DNA of 64,000 bases from Candidatus Moanibacter sp. (GCA_965215885.1 CBDCEW010000105.1:256001-320000); one strand, 5' to 3'; positions 29,785 through 41,420 are shown, counted from the stretch's first letter. Translations and numbers: made by a program. Notes: a model not told the origin generated them from the letters alone.

Positions 29785-31687
29785 GACCCCATTCGAAAAG
29801 CCTTTCGAGCGGGCGGTTTAAGGTTCTCCGCCACGGGCGGACCAGCCTATGGCTGGCAGGTTTCGGGTTTTAGGCTGCCGGCGCTGCCGATGAGCAGGTA
29901 TTGAGCGGCCATCGGCGTGGCTTGCTGCACAATACGTATATTTGCCGCTGTCTGGAGGCATACTCATCCCGTGGTGCTTTTTTCTCTGAGCTTCAAAGCG
30001 GTCAGATTCAGGCTGCCTGTTCCAGTTCCTCCCCTCGGCGTTTCCATCAGTATGATGCGGCAGAAGTTGTAGGCCAGAACCTTCTCGAGCAGCGCCTACC
30101 GCATCGATGCCGCGGCGGCCGAGTTCGCCAAAGGCAAATCCATCTTTAATCGTGAACATCAGCGACTCCACTGCGGAGCGATCGCGGCGTGCCTCGCGAT
30201 ACGGCTCTCCCAGTCCTCGGGGGTGGTCAACTTCTTGCCCTTCGCCCCACTGATACTGATCTGCTTTACCCCCATGCTCAGCACCTCCTTGCGTCCCTTC
30301 GCCGAAGCATATCCGTCATCGGTGCTGACCAGTTCAGCAATGACACCGGTGCGCTTGATCGAATCGCCGATGGCCGGCGCCAGCTCAATGGAGTCTGCCG
30401 CGTTGCCTTGCGGTACGATCAGGCTGGTGACAAAACCGTTTTCGCTGCGAACCAGTTGTGGCTTGTACCCGATCACTGGATTGCGGCTGCCCTTCTTGAT
30501 GTAGGCCGCCGATCCGTCCGAGAGGCTCAGGACCTTCTGTGTGGACGGTAGCTTCTTTTCGTGAAACACCCGATCATGAGCATACTCAACAACCCGCTTG
30601 GCGTCGGCAATATCGCCCCTGATCTGCTCAATGCCCGCCCAGAAGCTCCCGGCGAGTGGGAGGCAGTGAATCCATCGACAGGCCCTCTTCAAGATGGCTC
30701 AGTTCCCCCGTTAGTGAGTCGGCCGCCTTGCGGCCCCGCTTGAGCAACCGCCGGTAGTGTTTCTTCAGCTTGCCCTTCGACTTCGGTTTGCCCGCGGGCA
30801 GACAAATCTGAAACTCCAGCTTGTCCATCTCCGCAGCCAACGCCCAACCCATCCCTTGCGAAAATCCTCCAGCCCGAATATATGCAACTTCTGACCCAAA
30901 CGATTGGCCCGCATCAAAAGACCGCTCAGAATCCTCCCATCGGTGGGCCAGCAGCTGTTTGCTTTCACCGAGGTGCTGTCGATCGTCAGCTTCCCGAAAT
31001 CGTCCCATTGCTCCTGGAGGATAAACCCAATCTGTTTATCAAAGATCAGCTCGCGGGTCCTATGGCTGACCAGGTTCACGTTCTCCAGAATCGTCGTCAC
31101 CGCCGGCATTCTCAGTCCCCCGCTCTGCAAAAATCCGTACAAGCTCATCGACTCGCGCACAAACCGCCGTGCCGGTTTCGTGGTCAACGAACCCAGAAAC
31201 CCTCGAAGCATCACGAACACGTATACCGCATAAGCCGGCATCCGCGGCCGGCCTGCCCCAAGATTCAATTCAGCAGCCAGAATATTCTCCTCCTCGATGT
31301 CCAGCTCCGGCAGCTCCGCTGTGCGCCCTTCAAAGAACCTTCGATCTTCCAATCGAAGTTTCTTCTTCTCACGCGCATGGGCGTCCAGATCCTTCTCGAT
31401 CGCCTCGATGATTTGCGCCGCGAACCCGGCCAATTCTTCAACTTCATCCAGAAAATCACGGAAATCCGTGTCTGGAACCGGCAGAATGAGGTTGCTAAGG
31501 GGCGTCTTATCGCTTTTGTTCTCCTCTGTCGCACATGTTGGCATGTTTAACTCCTTTCTTAATCTTAAGTTGTTAAACACTAGCATGTTGCGACACTTTT
31601 TATCAAGCCAAAAAATGATTTTTCTCAAGTTTTTCTTGCGCCTTTTGCGCCTCTTTGCGGCCAATCAGTAGCTTTTCGGATAAGGTC
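29785..31687 (-). mobile_element. IS-A copy 4 (1903 bp), frameshifted transposase, TSD TAGATA
   Basis: TAGATA at 29779-29784 and 31688-31693; six small deletions totalling 14 bp versus copy 3. Confidence 0.95.
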
Positions 31688-31690
31688 TAG

Positions 31691-31750
31691 ATAGAACGTC
31701 AAAGGTCACCGGCACCCGTCAGGGGGTTCGATAGGCGCAATTGGTTCACA
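31691..31750 (-). other. Degenerate attC site
   Basis: Minus strand ...GTGAAC...GGGTGCCGGTGACCTTTGAC-GTTCTAT just after the stop of 31767-32699; left arm pairs poorly. Confidence 0.5.
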
Positions 31751-31766
31751 ATCTCGGCTACTTGGT

Positions 31767-32699
31767 CTAGTACACATCAAAGGACTCGACTGTCGCCTCG
31801 CACAATGGGTCATCAAAAAGCCGTTTGGTCAGCTCCACAAACCCTTTGCTGCTGACATGGCCGTTGTTGGGGCTGTAGGCCCAGGCGTCATAATTCTTCT
31901 TGCGGTCGCTCAGGTCGATATCAAGCATGTGGCAATGTTGATCCAGGGCCACCACCTTTTCCTGTGCGGCAATGATCGCGTCAATGTTGTCCCAGTGGAA
32001 CACGTGCTTCCGTATAAAAAACGGTAACTGCGGCAGGCCGGTTTCGCGGCGAAGGATCGCCAGGAACTCCGTTAGGTTTGCGGCGTATTCGTCTGCTTTG
32101 TTCTCGATGCCGTCAGACTCGCCCTGATCCCAGTAAAGCCCGACAACGCGGATCTCCGGATATGTCTTGCTCAGTTGTGCCATCCCCTTGCGGTAGTAGC
32201 TCAGCCAGGTGGCATAGCAGGGGCGATCGCCATCCTGCTCCTTGGGGTTCCAGTCGTGGTGGAGCGTGGTGGCGCCGGGCCCGTACTTGATCACAAAGAT
32301 GTCGTTTTCTGGGAAACGCTTCTCCAGTTCCCGGACCACTGGCAGTTCCATGCCGTGTCCCGGGGTATCAGGTTTGTCAGGTTTGGTATTCCTATTGGGG
32401 TCGACCCGCTGAAACCCGCTAGCTGGCACCCAGATATAACTGTGGGTGTAGTCTTTGGGGTCTGTGGACAACCCCATCTCTTTTGCGGTCGAGCCCGGAA
32501 TGAGTGGGCGCGTCTTGTGGTGCCCAAGCGATTCGTGCAGCTCCGGGGAGATCACGCCGCAACCGCCGGCATTGGACTGTCCTGCTACAAGGAACACAAT
32601 GGCAGGCCTGTCCGTTTGTTTCAGCTTCATCTTCATCGGGATCTCCTGGGCGGATATCGGCACAACACTAGCAAAAAAAGACAAGGATACAGTAATCAT
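31767..32699 (-). CDS. Sialate O-acetylesterase/SASA-family (SGNH) esterase, cassette-borne
   Basis: AGQSNAGG, YWDQGESDG, NGHVS motifs; signal peptide. Confidence 0.85.
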   Translation of the reverse strand: MITVSLSFFASVVPISAQEIPMKMKLKQTDRPAIVFLVAGQSNAGGCGVISPELHESLGHHKTRPLIPGSTAKEMGLSTDPKDYTHSYIWVPASGFQRVDPNRNTKPDKPDTPGHGMELPVVRELEKRFPENDIFVIKYGPGATTLHHDWNPKEQDGDRPCYATWLSYYRKGMAQLSKTYPEIRVVGLYWDQGESDGIENKADEYAANLTEFLAILRRETGLPQLPFFIRKHVFHWDNIDAIIAAQEKVVALDQHCHMLDIDLSDRKKNYDAWAYSPNNGHVSSKGFVELTKRLFDDPLCEATVESFDVY

Positions 32700-32751
32700 G
32701 ATGGACCTTAAGGAGAGCCATATTCTTCAATTCATCTGTTTCTGTTCCTTT

Positions 32752-32821
32752 GCCGAACGTTGAGTTCACTCATAAAGAGAGTCGTCAGACTCTCGAAATT
32801 GAGTGCAGCGTAAAGTTCGAA
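32752..32821 (-). other. attC site (70 bp)
   Basis: Minus strand TTCGAAC...CACTCA..GAGAGTC-TGAC-GACTCTC..TGAGTG...GTTCGGC imperfect palindrome 9 bp after the ribH stop. Confidence 0.8.
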
Positions 32822-32830
32822 TACCGCGCC

Positions 32831-33331
32831 CTACGGTGTATTTTCTTCCTTCAAAATGGTACGTTTCCAATGTAGAAGCTCAGAGACTGCGAACGCGGCC
32901 TCAATTCCTTTGTTTGCATCATCATTTCCCGAGCGAACCCTTGCGTCTTCGAGCTTTGTAACGCCGAACACTTCATTTATTATGGGTTTACCGAATCTGT
33001 CAGAGACCAGAGAGAAACCATGAACTACATGTTGCAGGACTGTCGCGTCGTGGGTCGTTGCTCCACACAACACTACACCAAACGCCAATATCGCGTCAAT
33101 TTGCACCTCCGCCTCGAATAGAACCCGCGCTGCGTGGGGAAGTTCAAGACATCCTGGTAACCAGTGCACCGGCAGATTCTCTCGCGTCACCTCAAGATCA
33201 TATAGTATCTCTCGCGCCTTCTCGACCATCGCTTCCACGTATTGTCGGTGATTCATACCGCAGATGATGGGGAGCCGGGCACCGGGAATCTTTCGAAATT
33301 GGTCTCGACTCTTGGGAAGCTTACCGATCAT
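32831..33331 (-). CDS. ribH: 6,7-dimethyl-8-ribityllumazine synthase (divergent)
   Basis: LPGCLELPHAA, DAILAFGVVLCGATTHD, KPIINEV, NKGIEAA. Confidence 0.82.
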   Translation of the reverse strand: MIGKLPKSRDQFRKIPGARLPIICGMNHRQYVEAMVEKAREILYDLEVTRENLPVHWLPGCLELPHAARVLFEAEVQIDAILAFGVVLCGATTHDATVLQHVVHGFSLVSDRFGKPIINEVFGVTKLEDARVRSGNDDANKGIEAAFAVSELLHWKRTILKEENTP

Positions 33332-33338
33332 GACGATC

Positions 33339-33890
33339 TCAAGACTGTTGTTGTTCCCCAGAAGCAAGGGCCTGAATGCACTCCTCGCGGACCTTCCAAA
33401 TCCGAAGAAAATCTTGAGCACCGAAATGCGTACAAAGAAACCTCTGATGGAGCTGCCGCTTGTATTCTCCGATCTGTTCCGGCGTGATTTCCTCCTCGTG
33501 TACGATCTGAAGTGAGGAGCTGGCTTCCATCTTCGTGAAATCTCTTCGTTCGTCCCCAACGACGAGGTAACAATGCGCCTCCGGAATGGAGATTAGCCCG
33601 TTTACTGATAATACGCGCCCAACACCCGGTGTATTATCCTCATCCATATGATAGATCCCAACCATGAGGCGAACAGATAGTCCAAGTTCCTTCCCCAACG
33701 CTGCTAGCAGTGCATGTTTGGAGCTACATGTCCCCTTTCTTTCGGTCAAAACCAATTCGTAACTGCTGGGGGAACTAGTGCGTCCGTACGGTAGGTCTTT
33801 CACGTACCTACAGGCAGTGTCAAAGTCTTCGATCCCGAGATGTAGAAATCGTTCAGATACCGGCCCAGCATTTACAATACTGTCACTCAT
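33339..33890 (-). CDS. Hypothetical protein, possibly transglutaminase-like fold
   Basis: LPYGR..., GTCSSKHALL, PEAHCYL; ATG 5 bp after the cassette core GTTCGAA. Confidence 0.7.
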   Translation of the reverse strand: MSDSIVNAGPVSERFLHLGIEDFDTACRYVKDLPYGRTSSPSSYELVLTERKGTCSSKHALLAALGKELGLSVRLMVGIYHMDEDNTPGVGRVLSVNGLISIPEAHCYLVVGDERRDFTKMEASSSLQIVHEEEITPEQIGEYKRQLHQRFLCTHFGAQDFLRIWKVREECIQALASGEQQQS

Positions 33891-33895
33891 CTCGT

Positions 33896-33960
33896 TTCGA
33901 ACATACAATCGTAGACCAGTTGCTTTATCCCGAGGTGTTGGTGGTCCCGATACGTTGTAA
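33896..33960 (-). other. attC site (65 bp)
   Basis: Minus strand TTACAAC-GTATCGGGACCA...TGGTCTACGAT..-GTTCGAA. Confidence 0.7.
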
Positions 33961-34119
33961 GTCTTTGAATTTCTGTTCCTTAGTTCGTTTGAAACGGTGT
34001 TTAGCTTTCGGTAATATGCGACCTGTCGTCAAAATTGTGATATGCGACAGGTCGCATATTACCGGAATACCCTGAAAAAGCAACAGCGGACCACCCAACC
34101 CAGGGGCAGACCGGGCTGG

Positions 34120-34481
34120 CCAGGGTCCCCGTCGACGGCTTTACCTACCTCAGCGTCCGCTCTGACCAATCGGAGGGCACCATCACGACCCACCCGATTG
34201 CAGTCGGGGATCTGGCCCGTCTCAACCTTACCGTGAAAGCGGATCACCTGCGACCGGAAAGCGAATACCTGCTCGCGGAACTGATCGACGAGGCGACCGG
34301 CGAGGTGCTAGCCGGATTTTCCGCCTCCGATTGCACGCCCGTAGACGAAGACGCGAATTCGTCGATCGTTCGATGGGGCGAAGAATCGATCGGCAGTGCA
34401 CCGGGGCAATCAATTTGCATTCGCTTCCTGCTCACTGGAATCGGAACCCGCTTCTTCTGCTTCGGGTTTCAACCAGTTTGA
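34120..34481 (+). pseudogene. C-terminal fragment of a glycoside-hydrolase-like protein
   Basis: DGFTYL..GTITTHP...ELIDEATGEVLAGFSASDCTPV...VRWG; no N-terminus. Confidence 0.55.
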
Positions 34482-34550
34482 ACGTGCAGTTTTGGATTTG
34501 AGTACCTTACCCATCCAGGATCCTGCAGGAAGGGGTCAGGCTTATTATTT

Positions 34551-36032
34551 GGGTCTACAGCAGAATCTGTGGGTGGGTAACGTCGCTTACAAGAGGAAAT
34601 AGAGTCGGTGAGCACAAGGAGAAGTCAGGGCGCTGCCCTGAATCCCGCTCCTCCACAGCCGGAGGGGCTGGTCGGTGTTTTCTTTGCATATGGGATTGAA
34701 AGGTTGAAGCACCGGGCCGTTCCGAGGATGAAAGTAGTACCGAAAATACATCCTGAACACGGAGGACCCAGTGCTCATCAAAACGCTACTGAATCGGTGC
34801 TATTGGCTCAAGAGCTTTGTTTACACAAAGGCGAGTATGGAAATGGTGAAATCGGAGGAGGCGATTGTGGTGCAGATTGAGCCGCGCAAGAATAGCGGGT
34901 GTGCTGTTCGGGGTGTGGCCGGACGGCCAGCGGCTACGACCACATGAGCGAGGCGAGGCATTTTGAATTTGTGCCCTTGTGGGGGATGAAGGTGTATTTT
35001 CGTTACCGCATGCGGCGGGTCAATTGCCGGCGGTGCGGGGTGAAGGTCGAAGAGGTGCCCTGGGCCAAGGGCAAGAGTCATCTGAGTTGGCCAATGCAAT
35101 GGTTTCTGGCCCAGTGGGCGAGGCGCTTGAGCTGGGAAGAGACGGCAAGGGTTTTTCGCACGAACTGGCGCAACGTCTTCGAGTCGGTCGAGGCGATGGT
35201 GCGGTGGGGGCTCAAACGGCGCGATATGAGCGGGATTGAGGCGATCGGAGTCGATGAGGTGCAGTATCATCGAGGCCATCACTATCTCACCGTGGTCTAC
35301 CAGCTTGACGAGGGGCGGCGGCGGCTATTGGGCGTATTCAATAAGCGCAACGTAAAATCGCTCTTGCGTTTTTTCTGGGAATTGGGAGCGCAAAAGAGCA
35401 GCCAGATCCTCTACGTCTGCTCGGATCTGTGGAAGCCTTACCTCAAAGTGATCAAGAAAAAGGCACCCCAGGCGCTGCACATCCTCGATCGCTTCCACTT
35501 GGTAGCCAACCTGAACAAGGCCCTCAATGAGATTCGTGCTGCGGAAGCCAGGCGATTGCAACGGGACGGCTACATCAACGTGCTGGTCAAAAGCAAATAC
35601 TGTTTCTTGAAAAATCCGCAAAATCTCACCCCCACCCAACAGATCCGCCTCAAGGAGGTGCTCCAATACGATCTGAAGAGCGTGCGGGCCTATCTACTAA
35701 AGGAGAGCTTTCAGCTCTTGTGGCATTATAAAAGTCCCTACTGGGCCCAATGGTATCTGAAAAAATGGTGCACGCGCGCCATGCGTTCGCGCCTCAAACC
35801 GATCAAAAGGTTCGTGCGCTCGGTGCGCAAACACGAGCCGCTCATCCTCAACTGGTTTCGGGCCAAAAAGGCCTTTTCCTGCGGCATTGTGGAGGGCTTT
35901 AACCGCAATATAAATCTCACTATCAGAAAAGCATACGGCTTTAAGAGCTTCGAAGTGCTTAAGATCGCCCTATTTCATACCATGGCCGACTTGCCTGAAC
36001 CCGAAATAACCCACAGATTCTGCTGACGAGGC
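34551..36032 (+). mobile_element. ISL3-family IS (1482 bp), 8-bp TSD TATTATTT
   Basis: TIRs GGGTCTACAGCAGAATCTGTGGGT / rc GCCTCGTCAGCAGAATCTGTGGGT; TSD 34543-34550 and 36033-36040. Confidence 0.95.
34771..36026 (+). CDS. ISL3 transposase; 1-nt frameshift near 34897 separates the N-terminus
   Basis: CSGC/CRRC zinc finger, IGVDE, CSDLW, DRFH, VEGFN..RKAYGF. Confidence 0.88.
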
Positions 36033-36249
36033 TATTATTTAAGTATCTTCCTCAAGCAATCGCATCATGCCACTTTGCGATGTCGTTGGACGTTGCCTGC
36101 AGCACGCAGCTGTCCGTAGCGAAAAATATCATCCAAGATCGGAACGTCGATGCGTCATGCGACTTCTCCTCTACTTCAGATTCGAATAGCTTAAATAATA
36201 AGCCTGACCCCTTACCACCATTACCGAATTGCCAATCTTCGCCGAATCC

Positions 36250-37590
36250 TCAGAAGACCAGCAAAGCGAGGCTGAATACCAACCCCGTGTAGAGCAGCGC
36301 GATGAAGCAGTATCCCATGATTTTCTTGAGCTGAATTCCGGCGATTGCGAGTACCGGAACTATCGCCAGCGGCTGGACCAGATTGGTCCACTCGTCACCG
36401 AGCGCGACACCCATCGCCGTCCGGGGGATATTTGCCCCGAGTTCGACCGCAGCTCCCATCATGATCGGTCCCTGCACCGCCCATTGACCGCCTCCCGAGG
36501 GGATGAAGAGGTTGAGTATGCCCCCCGAAAGGAAGGCGAAGAACGGCAAGGCTTCCGCGGACGAGATCTGCACGAAGATCTCTATCACCAACGCCGCCAG
36601 CCCGGAGTTCGCCATCACCCCTGCGATTCCGGCGTAGAGCGGGTACTGCAGAAGAAAGGGCGCCGCTACCCGGCCACCGCTCACGATAATTCGCACGTAG
36701 GCGATCAGCGAACCCGCCAGCAGTACACCAACTACGAGGAAGGTAAAGTTGAAAATATCGAGTGTTAGGCCGAGACCGCGACTAACGAAATGGGAGTAGG
36801 CGTAGGCCAAGCCGGCCAGCACGAACAGTGCCATAAAGATCCGCGACCGCTCGAGCCACTCGGCCGGTGTCTCGGCTGCGTGAACTCTCGGGTCCTCCTG
36901 CGGCCCGGAGGGCTCGGGCATCGGCCCTTTCGGGATCGGCTCAATGTCGGCCTCGTCCTTCGGGGCCAGAGAGGCCATGACGAAAGGCAGTGTCACCAGG
37001 ACGACCAGCGCCAGGACCAGGCTCCAGGGCGAGAAGACCGTCCGGCTCATGTCGACGATTCCGATCTCTTGTTCGAGAAAGTGCCCCGGAGTCGCGATCA
37101 CCAACCCGATCGACGCCGAAAGTCCCTGGTGCCAAAGCACGAAACCGGAAAAGGCCGAAGCCACCAACAACGGGTAGTGCACCGGAATGCCGCGTCGCCT
37201 GCAGTTCTCGCCTACCGCCCTGGAGGCGATTCCCGCCACAATCAAACCCAGCCCCCACGAGAGCATGGCCGCCACGCAGGTGATGAAGCAAACTCCGGTG
37301 TAGGCGGCGAACGGCGTGCGGATCATCCCCACCAGGCGCTGCAGCAGAGCACGCATCGGTGGCGTGTTGGCCAGTGCGTAGCCAAAGAGGAGGGTGAGCG
37401 TTATCTGGTTAGTGAAGGCGAGCAGATTCCAGAAGCCATCTCCCCACGCATCGATGGTCTCGCCGAATCCGAATCCGGTGACCGTGATCGCCAGCACGAA
37501 GGTCAACATGGTGAGCATCACCGCCACCACGAACGAGTCCGGTACCCAACGCAGGAAAAAGCGGGCGAGGAACTGAGAAAAGCGGTGCAT
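36250..37590 (-). CDS. atoE: Short-chain fatty acid transporter
   Basis: WGDGFWNLLAF, HYPLLVASAFSGFVLWHQGLSAS, NLFIPSGGGQWAVQGP. Confidence 0.88.
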   Translation of the reverse strand: MHRFSQFLARFFLRWVPDSFVVAVMLTMLTFVLAITVTGFGFGETIDAWGDGFWNLLAFTNQITLTLLFGYALANTPPMRALLQRLVGMIRTPFAAYTGVCFITCVAAMLSWGLGLIVAGIASRAVGENCRRRGIPVHYPLLVASAFSGFVLWHQGLSASIGLVIATPGHFLEQEIGIVDMSRTVFSPWSLVLALVVLVTLPFVMASLAPKDEADIEPIPKGPMPEPSGPQEDPRVHAAETPAEWLERSRIFMALFVLAGLAYAYSHFVSRGLGLTLDIFNFTFLVVGVLLAGSLIAYVRIIVSGGRVAAPFLLQYPLYAGIAGVMANSGLAALVIEIFVQISSAEALPFFAFLSGGILNLFIPSGGGQWAVQGPIMMGAAVELGANIPRTAMGVALGDEWTNLVQPLAIVPVLAIAGIQLKKIMGYCFIALLYTGLVFSLALLVF

Positions 37591-37934
37591 GGGATTTTCG
37601 GCAATTGAGCCATCGAATCAGGGGTAAGTCGAGGAGATTGGGGAAGGCGAAGGGTTCAGGCCCGATGCTTGACCGGCTCTTTCGATTCTGGAATTCTTTC
37701 CCCCCTCGAAGCACTATGACTGAAAAATCGACAGAATATCGGTGGAAACAAACGTCCCCTTACCCGCCTACGCACCGCCAAGAATCCCGCTGCGCAGAGC
37801 TACGGGGTGGCAGGCTGGGCGCTCCCCTTCGACGTTGCTCAGGGAAGACCGCGCACGATGATAATTGAGAAAGCCAGCGAGACCCCGTCCCGGCATGCCG
37901 GGACAGGAACTTACCAAATTAGAGAAAGCTAATT

Positions 37935-38945
37935 ATGAAAGCATACCAGGTAGAAAGTGACGGAGGAATCGACGCCATCACAGCCATCGAGCTACCCGAG
38001 CCTAAACCCGGGGCGGGTGAAGTGCTCGTGAAGATTCATGCCAATTCACTCAATTATCGCGACCTGGGAATCACAAGGGGCGGTTATTTTCGCAACGATA
38101 AGTGTCCCGTCATCCCGTTATCCGATGGAGCCGGGGAGGTCGTCGAGGTTGGCTCGGAGAGCAGCCGGTTCAGACCCGGTGACCGGGTTGCCGGATGTTT
38201 TTTTCAAGATTGGGTTAAGGGCGATATCAACGAATCCCAAATGCACACCGCACTTGGCGGCGGAGTCGACGGCGTGCTCGCGGAATACGTTGTTTTTAAG
38301 GAGCAGGGTCTCGTCCCCGTTCCCGAATCACTTTCCCTGGAGGAGGCCGCTACCCTCCCCTGCGCCGGCGTAACGGCGTGGCAGGCGCTTGTCACTCTCG
38401 GGCAGGTTAAGGCCGGTGACACGATCCTGCTGCTCGGAACGGGAGGTGTCTCCGTTTTCGCCCTGCAGTTCGCAAAGTCGAGCGGTGCCCGCGTGATCGT
38501 TACCTCGAGCAGTGATGAGAAACTCGAGAGGGCGAAATCGATGGGCGCCGACATGACGATTAATTACAAGGAGTGCCCGGACTGGGAAGAGGAGGTCCGC
38601 CGTCTTACCGCCGGCGCCGGGGTCGACAATGTCATCGAAGTGGGCGGACCGGGTACCCTGGAGAAGTCGCTCAAGTGCGCCCGCGTCAGTGGCCGCGTTT
38701 CGCTTATTGGCGTTCTCGATTCACCCGCGGCCACGATCTCTCCCCTCCTCTGTCTTTTCAACCGGGTTACGTTACAGGGAATCTACGTGGGAAGCCGGGA
38801 AATGTTCGAGGCCATGAATAACGGCATCGAGGTTAATGCCATCAAACCGGTCATCGACAAAGTTTTTGAATTTCCCGAAGCCCTCGATGCCTACCGTCAT
38901 CTCAAAGAGGCCAACCATTTCGGTAAAGTTGTGATAAGGCATTAG
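37935..38945 (+). CDS. NAD(P)-dependent MDR-family alcohol dehydrogenase/quinone oxidoreductase
   Basis: SLNYRD, PLSDGAGEV, LPCAGVTAWQAL, GTGGVS, HFGKVVI. Confidence 0.92.
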   Translation: MKAYQVESDGGIDAITAIELPEPKPGAGEVLVKIHANSLNYRDLGITRGGYFRNDKCPVIPLSDGAGEVVEVGSESSRFRPGDRVAGCFFQDWVKGDINESQMHTALGGGVDGVLAEYVVFKEQGLVPVPESLSLEEAATLPCAGVTAWQALVTLGQVKAGDTILLLGTGGVSVFALQFAKSSGARVIVTSSSDEKLERAKSMGADMTINYKECPDWEEEVRRLTAGAGVDNVIEVGGPGTLEKSLKCARVSGRVSLIGVLDSPAATISPLLCLFNRVTLQGIYVGSREMFEAMNNGIEVNAIKPVIDKVFEFPEALDAYRHLKEANHFGKVVIRH

Positions 38946-38959
38946 CCCGCTTTTTGTCG

Positions 38960-39514
38960 TCGGCAAGCATACGGGATCGGGTTCCAGCTCGCACATTTCG
39001 AAGTCTGAGCCGGGCATCGGCACCTGTGCGAACTCGTGCGCGCCACCCCCGATAAGCAATCGCCGGTCCTCCGTGGGCCGGTAATAGATGCTACGGACAT
39101 CATCGTCTGTCGCCGGCAGACGCGGTGCGCGGGCAAAGGGACGGGTGAGGTGGCGTTCGATCACGAAGTTTCGCGACGGCATCGCCTGACCGACTCCGGA
39201 GAGTAGAGAATTGGCCCAGGCATTGACCGTGCAAACGGTGGCGTTGGCGGTCAGCTCCCGGCCGTCGCCGAGGACAACACCCTGAACCCGGCCGCCCTGG
39301 ACGAGAAAGCGCTGGACGGGCGTTCGCTCGCGAATTTCAACGCCCAGCTGGCGCACCTTTGCCGCGAACCCTTGGCCCGTTGGGCGTAGACCGGGCTGAT
39401 CCCATTGGCAAACTGGCTGGGGCGACGGCCGATCAATTGGGTCCAGCCGGGAATCAGTTCACCCGCGCGTTCGAAGAGCTCGTAAGAACGCGAGACATCA
39501 GGTCGCGGGATCAT
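38960..39514 (-). pseudogene. Chimeric remnant: aminotransferase-III N-terminus joined to an internal DAO-family FAD oxidoreductase fragment
   Basis: ELIPGWTQLIGRRPSQFA..PVYAQRAKGS abuts QLGVEIRERTPV...CTVNAWAN..YYRP..LLIGG near 39357. Confidence 0.7.
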
Positions 39515-39602
39515 CTGTCGGACCCTCTGTATTTGCCCCGGTCACTGTTGAAATTGAAAGCGGAAATCGCGGTCCCCTCCTCACAGATTCCTGGCTGCTG
39601 CT

Positions 39603-40981
39603 CTAATTATTAATCTCTTGCACGATTTCGGAAATACTTTCATCCAGGATAGCTATAATTCTATCAGCCTGTTCTTCCGTCAGGATTAAGGGCGGCCCTA
39701 AGGCAATCCAGTGCGGATCATAGCGCGACAGAAGTCCCTTTGAAAGAGCCCGTTTCCCTATCAGTGTAGCAATCGGTATATCATCTGGAAATCTCTCTTT
39801 TGTCGCAGGATCACGGACAAATTCGATACCCATAAACAACCCCTTCCCTCGAATGTCGCCGACAATTCCATGCTTGCGAAAGCTCTCCAGACCATTGCGC
39901 AGATGACTGCCAACCTTGCGGGCATTTCCACATAAATCCTTTTCAATAATCTCCCCTATCGTCGCCAAACCGGCCGCACAGGCAACGGGATTGCCTTCAT
40001 AAGTATGTCCCGATACGAAGCCGGGGTTTGTTTTCTTTTCTCCCCAGAATTTATCAGCGATATGTCTTCGACAGAGCAGTGCGGAAAGAGGCACGTATCC
40101 TCCCGACAATCCTTTACCCAAACAAATCAAATCCGGGACAACACCAAAAGTCTCGGCGGCAAACATCTCTCCGGTGCGGCCCATCCCCGTGATTATTTCA
40201 TCAAAATCAATAACACGTTATGCCGGTCACAAAATTCGCGCAATTGGGGCAGATACTCAGGAGGAGGGTCAAAGATGCCTCCGGTATGCCCAATCGGCTC
40301 AACAATAAGGGCGGCGACGGTTTCCGGACCCTCCATGATGATGGTATCCTCAATCAATCCGGCACAGGTAATTTCACAACTGGGGTATTCTTTACCAAAA
40401 GGGCATCGATAACAATAGGGGGGAAATACATGAACAAAACCAGCGGCCAGCGGCTCGGAATCAACGCGACGCGAACTTAGACCCGAAGCTGACAAGGATC
40501 CCATCGTGCCCCCATGCCAGGAATGGTATCGAGAGATTACCTTGTACTTGTTAGGACTGCCATTAAGTCTATGATACTGGCGTGCCATTTTAAAAGCGGC
40601 TTCATTTGTTTCGGCGCCACCGCTGCCGAATTTTACCGCGCTCAAATCGCCGGGCGCGATATCTGCCAGTTTATTCGCTAATTGAACGGCTAACGTATTG
40701 GTGCCATGCATGACCGGGGAAAAGGTCAGAATATCCAACTGATTTTTTATCGCTTCAATCACCCGGCGGTTATTATGGCCAACCGATGCGACATAGATTC
40801 CCGCAATTCCATCAAGGTAACGCTTTCCATAAATGTCCGTGTAATAAACCCCGTCGGCGCCTGCCAAAATGAAGGGGTCCTTAACAAACTCCGTCATCTG
40901 ATCGCGGACAAATATCTGCCGCAGATACCGTTCTTCCAGGGTTTGTTTTTCAGTAATCAGACCACTCATCGCCGTTACCAC
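39603..40981 (-). pseudogene. Class III aminotransferase split by a 1-nt frameshift at ~40203 (possible sequencing error)
   Basis: YLDGIAG, SGGAETNE, VEPI, then (F)DEIITGMGRTG..LGKGLSGGY..GHTY in the next frame; one T missing in a T run. Confidence 0.85.
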
Positions 40982-41420
40982 GGAACAAAGCTGCGGTTGA
41001 TACGTAAACTAGAGTCTGTTCGAACAAGTGCAACGCGAATTTACTGGTCAACGGCAGCGTACCTGTTTAGCGATTCTGAGGTTACCCCGGCACAAGACCC
41101 ATAATTACGAAATTGGGTTGGAGAACCCAAAGTAAATGTTATTCAGGCACTTGCAAGATTCTATTGATTACATAGTATGCCAGAATGGAGTTTCAACGAT
41201 TGTTGTGTGTGGGTTCGTTAGAGGTAGAGAGCTTTTCCTGCAGGTTTGTTTTCAGTTAGAAACTTGTTGAGTATTAATCAGTTACAAAAGCGCTTTGAAC
41301 GGGGAGTTGATTTCTGGTGGCAATTGAGTAGAAGCGAAGGGAGCTGGAGAAAGTTGGTATTGGCATTGTATGTAAAAGTAAAGTTTGCAGTTTTGCCTCC
41401 TTTCCATACTGTGCCGGTGC

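Noticed and set aside
29785..31687. Programmed frameshifting in IS-A copy 4
   Set aside because: Scattered 1-5 nt deletions relative to intact copies indicate decay or read errors
24415..31687. Composite transposon carrying the Nramp gene
   Set aside because: Each IS copy has its own separate TSD, so they are independent insertions
40184..40210. Two separate aminotransferase genes or recoding
   Set aside because: One missing T in a homopolymer restores FDEIITG; most simply an indel error or recent mutation
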